Below are positions 38,247-46,618 of a DNA stretch of 64,000 bases, piece by piece (position 1 is the first letter of the stretch; each line of letters starts with the position of its first letter). The notes under the pieces were generated by a model. It saw only the letters and a program-made list of their open reading frames with translations. It ran no database searches and was not told where the DNA came from. The position numbers and the translations under genes are program-made. The DNA is from Escherichia phage outra. The DNA is taken from the sequence record MN850645.1; one strand, given 5' to 3'.

Positions 38247-38454
38247 CTACAACCTCCTTAATTGCTACAGCACAGTTTTTGCAGATACACTGCCCTTTAC
38301 CTTTAGAAATCTGGATGTAAGGTTCATTTTCATTTTCGCCCTTACGTGAGTCATATATTACAGAATTGAAGCACACAACGCAAATATTTTTTAAGATTGT
38401 ATACTTATCAACTTTCTTTTTTGTTTTAAAGTTAACTTCAATAACATCAGCCAT
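38224..38454 (-). CDS. small zinc-ribbon protein (start revised)
   Basis: Two Cys pairs (CVVC ... CICKNC); the ATG at 38454 overlaps the upstream stop (ATGA), so it is preferred over the RBS-less ATG at 38502. Confidence 0.4.
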   Translation of the reverse strand: MADVIEVNFKTKKKVDKYTILKNICVVCFNSVIYDSRKGENENEPYIQISKGKGQCICKNCAVAIKEVVDENHWDQ

Positions 38455-38732
38455 CAGTGTAACACTCCCAGTATGTTGCTTTGTGACATAACCATAGAAC
38501 ATTCAACATTATCGTGACTACGTGAAAAACGTTCCCAAACATCTTCATCGACTCGTAAAGCTATACAAGGATAGACGTTATCATTGATCATTTCAATTGA
38601 ATAAACATCCATATTGTCTTCGTCTTCGATGAACATCATTGCAAACTGTTCTAAATGTTTCCTAATGTAATGTACATCCTCTTCTGTAAGACCAATAACA
38701 AGATAACTTGCAACGATAACGCCATCTTTCAT
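38454..38732 (-). CDS. hypothetical protein
   Basis: 92 aa; AAGGAGA 6 nt upstream. Confidence 0.4.
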   Translation of the reverse strand: MKDGVIVASYLVIGLTEEDVHYIRKHLEQFAMMFIEDEDNMDVYSIEMINDNVYPCIALRVDEDVWERFSRSHDNVECSMVMSQSNILGVLH

Positions 38733-38742
38733 CTATATCTCC

Positions 38743-39252
38743 TTAGCGATAGAATTGATGTTCTTTGTAGCGGTACACTAGAACCATATCTTTTTCCCAG
38801 TGTGCTCTTATTGTAGATTTTTTAAAGTATAATGCTCCTTTTGTAATATCTAATGCAATTCGTAATTCTGGAAAATGCGTATCGAGATAAAGTAGACGTT
38901 CTGCTATAGTCTTAGCTTCCTTCCACTTATCACGTTCCATAACGTTGAATGTCTTTGTGTAAGAGAATTGTCCTTTTTGAAACAAAACTTCTTTTATAGT
39001 ATCAGGGAAATATGAATCTCTAGCCCTATTCAATACTACATTACCAACAGCAGACATACCTCGCTTTCCTTGATTACGACTTTCTGCATAGATTGCACAA
39101 GCTAATAGATTTTCTTTACTATCACGCTTTGTACACTTGTGAACTACTTTAGCAGTTTTTACGTTTGCAGCTTCGGCTTGCGCCACAACAGGTGTAAATG
39201 TAAAAGCAGTTAAGGATAGTAACGCAATTGCGACAAAGGTTTTTATTGACAA
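38743..39252 (-). CDS. secreted cell-wall hydrolase, SleB / Hydrolase_2-like
   Basis: N-terminal signal peptide (FVAIALLSLTAFTFTPVVAQA); core CAIYAESRNQGKRGMSAVGNVVLNRA resembles the SleB-type hydrolase signature; TTG start after TAGGAGG. Confidence 0.55.
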   Translation of the reverse strand: MSIKTFVAIALLSLTAFTFTPVVAQAEAANVKTAKVVHKCTKRDSKENLLACAIYAESRNQGKRGMSAVGNVVLNRARDSYFPDTIKEVLFQKGQFSYTKTFNVMERDKWKEAKTIAERLLYLDTHFPELRIALDITKGALYFKKSTIRAHWEKDMVLVYRYKEHQFYR

Positions 39253-39315
39253 ACTTGCCTCCTATTTTGTTAAACGAACTTTTATTGTAACACAGAAGAG
39301 GCTGTTTTGCAAGTG

Positions 39316-39334
39316 GAGGGGGATTATCCCCCTC
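39316..39334 (-). terminator. GC-rich hairpin (GAGGGGG-ATAAT-CCCCCTC); weak terminator or processing site
   Basis: Perfect 7 bp G/C stem between minus-strand genes; no clear U-tract. Confidence 0.35.
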
Positions 39335-39344
39335 TTACACCCTG

Positions 39345-39947
39345 TTAGATGTTGTAAACCTTTGTATGAGTTACTACACCATCTTCTACAAAATCAATAC
39401 GTTCTTGATCCGTAACTAGTGCAGACAATACTTTAAATTTAATTGTTACACGTTCAAAAGCTGGTTGACCATCTTTAAGATAATTATGTTCAGTTGTTAC
39501 TGTCTTGTTTACAAAATCAACTTTTGCTTTACCGTTTTCACGCAAGTGGAATGTTTTTCCTGCTTTATACACAATTTCAACATTACCTTCGAGAGTAATT
39601 CCTTCAAAAAGTTCACCCTCTTCTTCATTTTCTTCACTTTTGAACAGACGACGAAACTCTTCCATATCAAGATAAACAACATCTTCAGAATAACTATCAG
39701 TAAGGTATGTCTTACCATCCATTAACCCGAAATATTGCCAGATCGCAGAATAAACATCACTAGTTGATCCAAGGGTTTCTCTGAGTTTAGTTCCACGGAT
39801 TACTTCATAAACTTCAAAATTGAAACCAGACTGCAAAGCATTAAACAGTACATCACTAACTTCTAAAGCATAATCTTCATTGTTGTCAATATCCACAAGA
39901 AAATTACCGCTGCGAATAAGTTTTTGACCTTCTAAAGTAATACCCAT
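39345..39947 (-). CDS. hypothetical protein
   Basis: 200 aa acidic ORF; GAGGAGA 5 nt upstream; preceded by the terminator of terD. Confidence 0.4.
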   Translation of the reverse strand: MGITLEGQKLIRSGNFLVDIDNNEDYALEVSDVLFNALQSGFNFEVYEVIRGTKLRETLGSTSDVYSAIWQYFGLMDGKTYLTDSYSEDVVYLDMEEFRRLFKSEENEEEGELFEGITLEGNVEIVYKAGKTFHLRENGKAKVDFVNKTVTTEHNYLKDGQPAFERVTIKFKVLSALVTDQERIDFVEDGVVTHTKVYNI

Positions 39948-39960
39948 TGTTTTCTCCTCT

Positions 39961-39990
39961 TCTATTTAAAATATGCGCCCCGAAGGGCGC
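39961..39990 (-). terminator. rho-independent terminator after terD
   Basis: Hairpin GCGCCC-TTCG-GGGCGC followed on the minus strand by ATATTTTAAAT. Confidence 0.6.
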
Positions 39991-39999
39991 TATGATTTA

Positions 40000-40596
40000 T
40001 TACTCGAACCAATCGTCGCCAGCGCCAAACGCTTTAACTACATCATAAATGTCAAGTCCAGCTTTACCTACACCATATGCTTTCAGTTTCCATTCGCTAT
40101 CTTCCCGCACCAGGGAGGCAACGTGGCAAATGGTATTACCTGCAAGTTCTGGAGCCAAGAAGTCAAAATCCAGCAGTTCAACGTTACGTTCATCATCGAA
40201 GATTTTAAGGAAACCTTCGGTAGCGTGACCAAGGCGTTTCTTACCCGTTTCGTCATCAATAGTGATTACGAATGCAATTTCCTGTGCTTCAGCAGAGATA
40301 TTATCCAGTGTAACATCAATCTGCTCCATTTGTCCTACACCGTCACGAACATCTTCACCTGCAAAAGTAGAACGTTCAGGATCAAATTTCTGTGCGTAGC
40401 ATACCAGGTGGCGAGGAGACAACAGTTCCGGCAGACCAGATGCATTGTGTCGGCAAATCAGAGCACTAACATCCAGATCCAGTTTTTCGTTAGATTTCCA
40501 AGAGAATTCCAGACGAATGCGTTTCAGTGCTGGTGCAATCTTTTTCAGAGAAACTTTTTCGCTAGAACCTTTTTTCAGGGAAATTTTCTGAGTCAT
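40000..40596 (-). CDS. terD: TerD-domain protein (tellurite resistance / stress protein family)
   Basis: 198 aa; alignable by eye along its length to bacterial TerD (KISLKKGSSEKVSLKK / DLDVSALI / GEDVRDGVGQMEQIDVTLDNI / SEWKLKAYGVGKAGL), including the Ca-binding-type acidic motifs; RBS AAAGGAGA. Confidence 0.8.
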   Translation of the reverse strand: MTQKISLKKGSSEKVSLKKIAPALKRIRLEFSWKSNEKLDLDVSALICRHNASGLPELLSPRHLVCYAQKFDPERSTFAGEDVRDGVGQMEQIDVTLDNISAEAQEIAFVITIDDETGKKRLGHATEGFLKIFDDERNVELLDFDFLAPELAGNTICHVASLVREDSEWKLKAYGVGKAGLDIYDVVKAFGAGDDWFE

Positions 40597-40633
40597 AATT
40601 TATTATCTCCTTTGTTGTTAATTTACGTTGTCT

Positions 40634-40661
40634 ATTTTACTAATCTTTTCTACAAAGTCAA
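40634..40661 (-). promoter_or_regulatory. sigma70-like promoter upstream of terD (TTGACT-16 nt-TAAAAT)
   Basis: On the minus strand, -35 TTGACT (40661-40656) and -10 TAAAAT (40639-40634), about 35 nt upstream of the terD start. Confidence 0.5.
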
Positions 40662-40668
40662 GCGTTTT

Positions 40669-41463
40669 TTACGCTTTTGCTCCAAATTTTTTAACCCACT
40701 CGCCAAACTCTTCGGATAGCAGTTTATCGTAAAGTTCTTCGTCAGACAAGGACAAATCTGCAATACCGATAAAATCAACGTTATCGTATTCTTTTGCCAA
40801 GTCTTTCAGGAATTTAAAGTTTGCATTACCTACACCAACCATAAACCAGTAAACAGGAGTGTTGCGGTGTTTGTTCAGCAAACTACGTACTGCTGAAGTA
40901 TCCATGTTCTCCCCGTCAGTTTGGAAGAAAATCATTGCAGGAGTACGATCAACTTGTGCATCAGTATCTACAACCTGTTCTACAACAGTACGTGTAACTT
41001 CTACACGTTCTTTTTTACCAGTTAGTTTAGCAAGGAAACCCTTAGCCGGAACTTCTTCATACTCAACGACTTCGCGTGTAATATTTTTCATAGGTACACT
41101 ACCGAAGTATGTATCATAGATCTCTTGCATTACTGGAGCATAAGCTGTACCACCATTGATGCAAACATTAGACATACAAGAGCCGACATAATCATCATAT
41201 ACATCAGCCGTTGCAGGAGGCAGTTCAAAAGAAGAACTATTGAAAGCCCACATGTCAATCTGTGCATTATCATCAAACTTCATACCAAACGGCAGTAGCT
41301 TACCTACAAAATCACTAACAGTGCCATCACGATACAGCTCACACATACTACCCGAAATATCTAAGGCGCTACCGACACGAAGAACAACATCGTTAATCTT
41401 TTTCTTACGCAGAGATACGGTAAGAGTTTCTTGACGTTTTTTAAGACTGATTTTATTGGACAT
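40669..41463 (-). CDS. vWA-domain protein (TerY-like)
   Basis: 264 aa; MIDAS motif DISGSM near the N-terminus and later FQTDGEN; basic N-terminal KISLKKRQ; adjacent to terD and telA. Confidence 0.55.
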   Translation of the reverse strand: MSNKISLKKRQETLTVSLRKKKINDVVLRVGSALDISGSMCELYRDGTVSDFVGKLLPFGMKFDDNAQIDMWAFNSSSFELPPATADVYDDYVGSCMSNVCINGGTAYAPVMQEIYDTYFGSVPMKNITREVVEYEEVPAKGFLAKLTGKKERVEVTRTVVEQVVDTDAQVDRTPAMIFFQTDGENMDTSAVRSLLNKHRNTPVYWFMVGVGNANFKFLKDLAKEYDNVDFIGIADLSLSDEELYDKLLSEEFGEWVKKFGAKA

Positions 41464-41464
41464 A

Positions 41465-41734
41465 TTATTTCTCCTTTCTGAGTGTAATGTTAGTAACTTC
41501 TAAATCCACTTCTACCATTTCTGTATCATACGAAATACAGCTAAGTTGACCTCTTTGCGAACCGTTCAGACACATTGCTTGGTTTGTATTAACTTTAATA
41601 AACACTAAGTTTCTGAACGTATCTAAACCAGAATCTTGATAGGCAACATAATATACAAATGTATCACCTACGTCAAGTTCTCCAAAACATTTAGGTTCAT
41701 CTGATTTGTCGTCTTTGATATTAAATTTAAGCAC
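41465..41734 (-). CDS. hypothetical protein (GTG start)
   Basis: 89 aa; GTG at 41734 after AAGGAGGAG; overlaps the upstream gene by 8 nt. Confidence 0.35.
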   Translation of the reverse strand: MLKFNIKDDKSDEPKCFGELDVGDTFVYYVAYQDSGLDTFRNLVFIKVNTNQAMCLNGSQRGQLSCISYDTEMVEVDLEVTNITLRKEK

Positions 41735-42290
41735 TATCTCCTCCTTTACCTACTTTCCAACCTAAATAGAAAGCCTCTCTAGTGATTTTTTGCAACTCGT
41801 TTAAAGAGATAGTTACAACTAAATCATCTTCAATTTCTAGCTTTGAGTCTTCTTCTGTCTCAATGCAAGTATTATGCACTTTGTGGTAAGGATTGTCAAC
41901 ACGTTTAAATTTATTATTTTCAGTGTTGAAGAAGCAATCTGGATCTTCTTCTCCATCACCCCAACCCTGGTTAGGATCTTCTTCAGATCTTTCTGTTGGG
42001 ATCTCACCTGTAAAGTGCTCTTCTAATACCAGAGCAATCCCATCTCCAAGATCGGAAGAGAACATCAAATTACAAACTTCTTCCCAAGGCATAGACCACT
42101 TAAATCTTTTACGATTGCCATGTTTATCTTCTTCGTTAGAGAAAACACTACCATAGCTATCATAATTCCCATACATCTCTTCGACAACCTTACCACCTTT
42201 CAAAAGAAATAGGTAGCAAGGAGAGCCATCAAAAGAGGTAGAAAGAGCAGCATTACCAGACTCTTTGCACAAGAAACTAAAACACCCCAT
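41727..42290 (-). CDS. hypothetical acidic protein
   Basis: 187 aa; start coupled to the upstream stop. Confidence 0.4.
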   Translation of the reverse strand: MGCFSFLCKESGNAALSTSFDGSPCYLFLLKGGKVVEEMYGNYDSYGSVFSNEEDKHGNRKRFKWSMPWEEVCNLMFSSDLGDGIALVLEEHFTGEIPTERSEEDPNQGWGDGEEDPDCFFNTENNKFKRVDNPYHKVHNTCIETEEDSKLEIEDDLVVTISLNELQKITREAFYLGWKVGKGGDSA

Positions 42291-42490
42291 TATACACCAG
42301 CCTTAAGATCAATTAAAGCCAAAGTTGTTTCAGAGTGTGTTTGCTCGTCTACAGGTGCAGTCATATGATAATACAAAAAATCTTCGGCATCATACCAATC
42401 TGATTCTTGACCTTGTTTCCAACCATCAATGAAAGCATCTTCCATAATGGTTTGCAATTCTTCACGAGTTAAGTGAATATCTTTACTCAT
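42290..42490 (-). CDS. hypothetical small protein
   Basis: 66 aa; translationally coupled on both sides. Confidence 0.4.
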   Translation of the reverse strand: MSKDIHLTREELQTIMEDAFIDGWKQGQESDWYDAEDFLYYHMTAPVDEQTHSETTLALIDLKAGV

Positions 42491-42696
42491 TACACATTCT
42501 CCTCTTTTACCAATTCCATCGTTGAATTGTCAAAACCATCTTTAGAAGAATAGGTATAGACAGAACGTAGTTCTCGCAGGACAGTGAATACATTAGGATC
42601 ATCTAACCAAGCATCCTGGAGGAGAACATAACGATCTTCATTATCATACTGAACAGCAATCATAGAACCAGACAGTTTGTAAATTTTAATATTCAT
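42490..42696 (-). CDS. hypothetical small protein (start revised)
   Basis: The ATG at 42696 has AAGGAGA 8 nt upstream and lies after the telA stop; the track start at 42723 is a GTG inside that RBS. Confidence 0.4.
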   Translation of the reverse strand: MNIKIYKLSGSMIAVQYDNEDRYVLLQDAWLDDPNVFTVLRELRSVYTYSSKDGFDNSTMELVKEENV

Positions 42697-42709
42697 AATA
42701 TATTTCTCC

Positions 42710-43813
42710 TTAAAGTAGACCACGTTTAACAGTTTGAATCATACCATCTTCAAGAGATTGCACTTCTTGAATGTAATCAATACGAGCAGCACGGGCTTCA
42801 GTGTTGATTCGGTTAGTTTCTTCCAACATTTTAACCAAGTTTTCTTGATCACGACGTAATGTTTCAATATCCAATACTTGACGATTAGCAAGTTGTGTAG
42901 CTTCAATTTGGTTTTGTGCAGCCAAATCACTACCCATTGCAATCGCAGCATTAAATTCATTTAGTACATTGTTCTGTGTATCGGCTGCTTTCTTCTGGCG
43001 TAGACTTTCAATATACATAGAAAAGTTTGCAGAGTAAGCAGGGATAACATTATTCACAATATTACGGGCTGATCGCATCAAACTTGCAGATACTTTCTGC
43101 ATACTTTGTACACGTGGCCCCATCTGAACACATAGTAAGCGTAAGGCTTTCAGGTCTGCAATACGAATTTCAAGCAGATCCATAGTATCACGAGTACGTT
43201 GACGCTCTTCTACCTCATTTTCAGGCAGTGTATTAAGGCGAATTTCTTCTTTTTCATAAGTAGCTGTTAGAAGCTCTATATCCCTGTTTAAACTAAGGGC
43301 ATATTTTGCAATAGCCTCTTCTAAACGTTGCAGATATCGTAAAGAATCTTCTTCTTTTTTCAAGTCTGTTTGGAGTGTCTTTACCAAACCTTCAATACGG
43401 TTATTGATGGTGTCAAATTCTCCAAACAAATCTTCTTTCATACCTAAAACTTTCTTAACTAGTTTACCTAAACCTTTAGATTGTTTAATAGAGTTAGGAT
43501 CAAGTTGCTTTGCTTGCTTAATAAGCGCAGTTAAACGTTCACTCATTTCATCTCCCTGAGATGAACGCTGGTGTTTAAGCACTTCAGCATTAAGGTTACG
43601 AAGAGTAAGTCCTGCATCAGCACCAACCTGTTCAATCTCTTCACGAGACATTGGAGGCAGCATTTGTACAGGTCGTGCAACAGCAGGGGCATATACAGGA
43701 CTTGCATCCATAGCAGTTGGAGCAAACAAAGACTTACTTTTTTCTGTTGTTGCCGTGAATACACTCATTTCAGACGGTTTGCTTTTTACGGCACTGATAA
43801 AAGGACTGGACAT
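42710..43813 (-). CDS. telA: TelA-like toxic-anion-resistance protein
   Basis: 367 aa, predominantly helical coiled-coil with the size and architecture of TelA/KlaB/YaaN-family proteins; GGAGGAAA RBS; flanked by terD/vWA and terC. Confidence 0.5.
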   Translation of the reverse strand: MSSPFISAVKSKPSEMSVFTATTEKSKSLFAPTAMDASPVYAPAVARPVQMLPPMSREEIEQVGADAGLTLRNLNAEVLKHQRSSQGDEMSERLTALIKQAKQLDPNSIKQSKGLGKLVKKVLGMKEDLFGEFDTINNRIEGLVKTLQTDLKKEEDSLRYLQRLEEAIAKYALSLNRDIELLTATYEKEEIRLNTLPENEVEERQRTRDTMDLLEIRIADLKALRLLCVQMGPRVQSMQKVSASLMRSARNIVNNVIPAYSANFSMYIESLRQKKAADTQNNVLNEFNAAIAMGSDLAAQNQIEATQLANRQVLDIETLRRDQENLVKMLEETNRINTEARAARIDYIQEVQSLEDGMIQTVKRGLL

Positions 43814-43861
43814 TCAATTTCCTCCATATTCTTTAGTAGATGGTGATACTTCTATACCACC

Positions 43862-43889
43862 ATCATAACACAAGTTAAGTATTAAACAA
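43862..43889 (-). promoter_or_regulatory. candidate sigma70-like promoter upstream of telA (TTGTTT-16 nt-TATGAT)
   Basis: -35 at 43889-43884 and -10 at 43867-43862 on the minus strand, about 45 nt upstream of the telA ATG. Confidence 0.35.
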
Positions 43890-44733
43890 ACATATCTAAA
43901 TAATTTGTAGTAATAAATGCTCCATCTGCTTCCAGATTAACATAACCCGTGGTATTAGCAGTTAAGAAATCCAGATCGAAGGACTCTTTAACACCCCGTA
44001 CCTCAACACGAGAGATATCGAATACAGGTAGTGTAACAGCCTCTTCGTGCAATACCGTACCTTTGTAGGTTGCCTTAATGATAAACTTGATATTACCCGT
44101 TCCAGCATCATACAAAACACTTTCAAACCCTTTGAGAGTATATTTATCACCAGAAGTGAAGTGCAAAGTTGCTTTGTTTACAGTACGTTTTTTACGAGGA
44201 GTTCCTTTCACACGTTTATGATCACTACGTTTTTTGTATTTAGGAATGAATACAAACGATACACTCTCAAGAAAGGTATCAACATCAAGGATTTTAATAT
44301 CCTCTGTTGCAGCAAATTTTGAAGTCGTTGCATCAAAATGCTTTTCCCTGCGATCATACATAAAGATATCAAACCGATCTTCTAAATCAAACAAATTATG
44401 TATTTTAATTTCAGAATGCTTGCGCATTGCAGCAACCTTGAACTCTTCAAAACGTGGGTGTTCTACAAGTTCTTCAAGTTTTACACCAAAGACAGTATAT
44501 TGCTTCGAAGTCTTTTCTGGTGTTGGCATTACAGAAGCATAATCACCGATTGCGCTCTTAAAGCAAAATTGTTCTTGACCTGTATTTTTACCAACGAATT
44601 TACAGTATTCGTCATTGTGCATACTTTCCTTGGTAGTACCAACAAACTCAAAACCATCTTTATTCTTCTCAAGAATTTCTTGATTAAAGATCCAACCTTC
44701 CAGGCGATACACTTTACCAACTTCTAGTTTCAT
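43882..44733 (-). CDS. hypothetical protein
   Basis: 283 aa; AAGGAGA 5 nt upstream; no motif recognised. Confidence 0.4.
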   Translation of the reverse strand: MKLEVGKVYRLEGWIFNQEILEKNKDGFEFVGTTKESMHNDEYCKFVGKNTGQEQFCFKSAIGDYASVMPTPEKTSKQYTVFGVKLEELVEHPRFEEFKVAAMRKHSEIKIHNLFDLEDRFDIFMYDRREKHFDATTSKFAATEDIKILDVDTFLESVSFVFIPKYKKRSDHKRVKGTPRKKRTVNKATLHFTSGDKYTLKGFESVLYDAGTGNIKFIIKATYKGTVLHEEAVTLPVFDISRVEVRGVKESFDLDFLTANTTGYVNLEADGAFITTNYLDMFV

Positions 44734-44768
44734 CTGTTTCTCCTTCTTATTTAATCTGTATTAAATTA

Positions 44769-45359
44769 TTAACGACGACGTGAGCTACTAAAACTACGTT
44801 TCGACGAAGAATAACTTTTCGAAGACTTACTATAAGAGCTAATAGGACTTGAGTAAGACTTACGAGCAGAGTAATCACTATTCACTTTTGTTGTTGATGG
44901 GCGTGAATACGTTTGTACACTTTGCTGCTTAATTGTGTTTTGTTTAGTGGTTGTATATGTATTCCCTTGTTTATCATAAAACCTATGCTTTTGTGTTGTA
45001 TATGCTTTACTATTAGTTGTAGGAGCAGCGTTGTTATTGATAATTGTTGTATTGCTACCGCCATCTCTATAACCACCACCGCCACTATTACCACTCAACA
45101 TATGACCAAGAAGCATACCTGTAGCAAACTCACCTACGCCAGAAGAACCACTGCCGCCTCCTTGCACAACAACTGTTGAAGGTTGTGCAGGTGCTGCTTG
45201 AACAACTTGAGGTGCAGGCTGATTTACATATTGTTCATCTACCATCTGATTTGGTGTTTGTTGGTAACGTTGATTTTGTACATTTTCAGAATCATCACAA
45301 CCTACCAGCAATGCACTACCTAAAACAACTGCAACAATAAAAGATTTAATGTTTTTCAT
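44769..45359 (-). CDS. lipoprotein with glycine-zipper motif and Ser/Tyr/Lys-rich basic C-terminus
   Basis: Start revised to the ATG at 45359 (GAGAGGG 7 nt upstream); signal peptide with lipobox LLVGC; GGGSGSSGVGEFATGMLLGHMLSGNSGGGG resembles glycine-zipper outer-membrane lipoproteins. Confidence 0.5.
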   Translation of the reverse strand: MKNIKSFIVAVVLGSALLVGCDDSENVQNQRYQQTPNQMVDEQYVNQPAPQVVQAAPAQPSTVVVQGGGSGSSGVGEFATGMLLGHMLSGNSGGGGYRDGGSNTTIINNNAAPTTNSKAYTTQKHRFYDKQGNTYTTTKQNTIKQQSVQTYSRPSTTKVNSDYSARKSYSSPISSYSKSSKSYSSSKRSFSSSRRR

Positions 45360-45552
45360 TTGTAACCCTCTCATTTAAAATCTCAACACAATTTTTAAAA
45401 TCCCTAGAGAAACAATACATCTGTTCTCCGTTCCTGTTGATAGTAATTGTATGGTTATCAATATATGTTGTCAAGATAAAAATCAAACAAAACAAACCTA
45501 GAGCAAAACAAATATTTTCAAACAGAATCCAAAGAACACGTAAAACCACCAT
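45346..45552 (-). CDS. small membrane protein
   Basis: 68 aa; one strongly hydrophobic N-terminal helix; GAGGTG RBS just downstream of the terC terminator. Confidence 0.35.
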   Translation of the reverse strand: MVVLRVLWILFENICFALGLFCLIFILTTYIDNHTITINRNGEQMYCFSRDFKNCVEILNERVTNEKH

Positions 45553-45561
45553 CAGATCACC

Positions 45562-45583
45562 TCAATAAAGCCCCCGAAGGGGC
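45562..45583 (-). terminator. rho-independent terminator after terC
   Basis: Hairpin GCCCC-TTCG-GGGGC followed on the minus strand by TTTATTG. Confidence 0.55.
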
Positions 45584-45591
45584 TTAATGAA

Positions 45592-46569
45592 TTAAGCAAC
45601 AGCCTGGTCTTCTTTTTCAGGGAAGATTAAACTTGCAAGAACACCCAGCCCAAGAGTACCTAACACAATATACATACTGATCGTCGGGTCAATGTGTGCT
45701 GGCAGGAAACTCACTTTTGCGTGCAGAGTTTCTGCAAACGGGTGATACATCAGTTTTACACCCACAAACACCAGGACTACGATAACTGCTTTCTCCAGAT
45801 GAACCAAATACTTCAGTGCAACACTAAGAACAAAGAACAGAGCACGTAAACCTAAGATTGCACAGAGCATCGAAGAGAACACCAGCAGAGGTTCTTGTGT
45901 CACTGCAATTACTGCTGGAACAGAGTCTACTGCAAAGATTACGTCAACCATTTCCATTACAAACACACAAACCAGAGCCGGAGTTGCTACACGAACACCA
46001 TTTTTGATTGTGAAGAACTTCTCACCATCCATCTGATCAGATACAGGGAACAGCTTACGAACAATGCGAGTAGCCCAGTGTTTAGAGTAATCAACTTCTG
46101 CATCATTATCTCCAGCGAATACCATTTTAGCCGCACAGAAAAGGATGACAGCACCGAAGAAGATATTAACATACCAGCCCAAACTCAACAAGTAAGTACC
46201 TACTGCTACAAACACACCTCGGAAGACAATCGCACCTGCAATACCCCAAAGTAGAATCTTGTGCTGCAAGTGTGTGCTTTTAATACCAAAACTTGCGAAT
46301 ACTGCTACAAATACTACTAAGTTATCTACAGAAAGAGATTTCTCCAACACATACCCACTCAAGAACAAGCTCGCAAAATCAGCACCGTGTTGGAAGTATA
46401 CAAAACCATAGTAGGCTAATGATACCCCAATCCAGAAAATTGACCAGCCAATTGCAGATTTAAATGAAATTTCTTTGTTTTCTCTGTGTCCAAAGAAGTC
46501 AATACAAATCGACAAGACTAAAATACCCACTAAAACAACCACATCAATAATTGGGAAACCCAGTTGCAT
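45592..46569 (-). CDS. terC: TerC-family integral membrane protein
   Basis: 325 aa; multiple TM helices; EKSLSVDNLVVFVAVF matches the TerC-family signature; RBS AAAGAGGAG. Confidence 0.75.
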   Translation of the reverse strand: MQLGFPIIDVVVLVGILVLSICIDFFGHRENKEISFKSAIGWSIFWIGVSLAYYGFVYFQHGADFASLFLSGYVLEKSLSVDNLVVFVAVFASFGIKSTHLQHKILLWGIAGAIVFRGVFVAVGTYLLSLGWYVNIFFGAVILFCAAKMVFAGDNDAEVDYSKHWATRIVRKLFPVSDQMDGEKFFTIKNGVRVATPALVCVFVMEMVDVIFAVDSVPAVIAVTQEPLLVFSSMLCAILGLRALFFVLSVALKYLVHLEKAVIVVLVFVGVKLMYHPFAETLHAKVSFLPAHIDPTISMYIVLGTLGLGVLASLIFPEKEDQAVA

Positions 46570-46587
46570 TCTTTTCTCCTCTTTAAT

Positions 46588-46606
46588 GCGGAGGACAATC
46601 CTCCGC
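46588..46606 (-). promoter_or_regulatory. stem-loop in the terC 5' leader (GCGGAGG-ATTGT-CCTCCGC)
   Basis: Perfect 7 bp G/C stem between a predicted promoter and the terC RBS; no U-tract. Confidence 0.4.
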
Positions 46607-46618
46607 TCTATGTCTTAT

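Noticed and set aside
39973-40719. 248 aa plus-strand ORF antisense to terD
   Set aside because: It lies entirely opposite the well-supported terD gene and intergenic elements, has a Phe/Cys-rich low-complexity translation, no RBS, and crosses a terminator and a promoter; most likely a spurious antisense frame.
43882-44733. Calling the 283 aa protein a second TerD or TerB paralog
   Set aside because: It has a short DLD-containing segment near the C-terminus, but the characteristic TerD repeat blocks are not alignable by eye; left as hypothetical pending a profile search.
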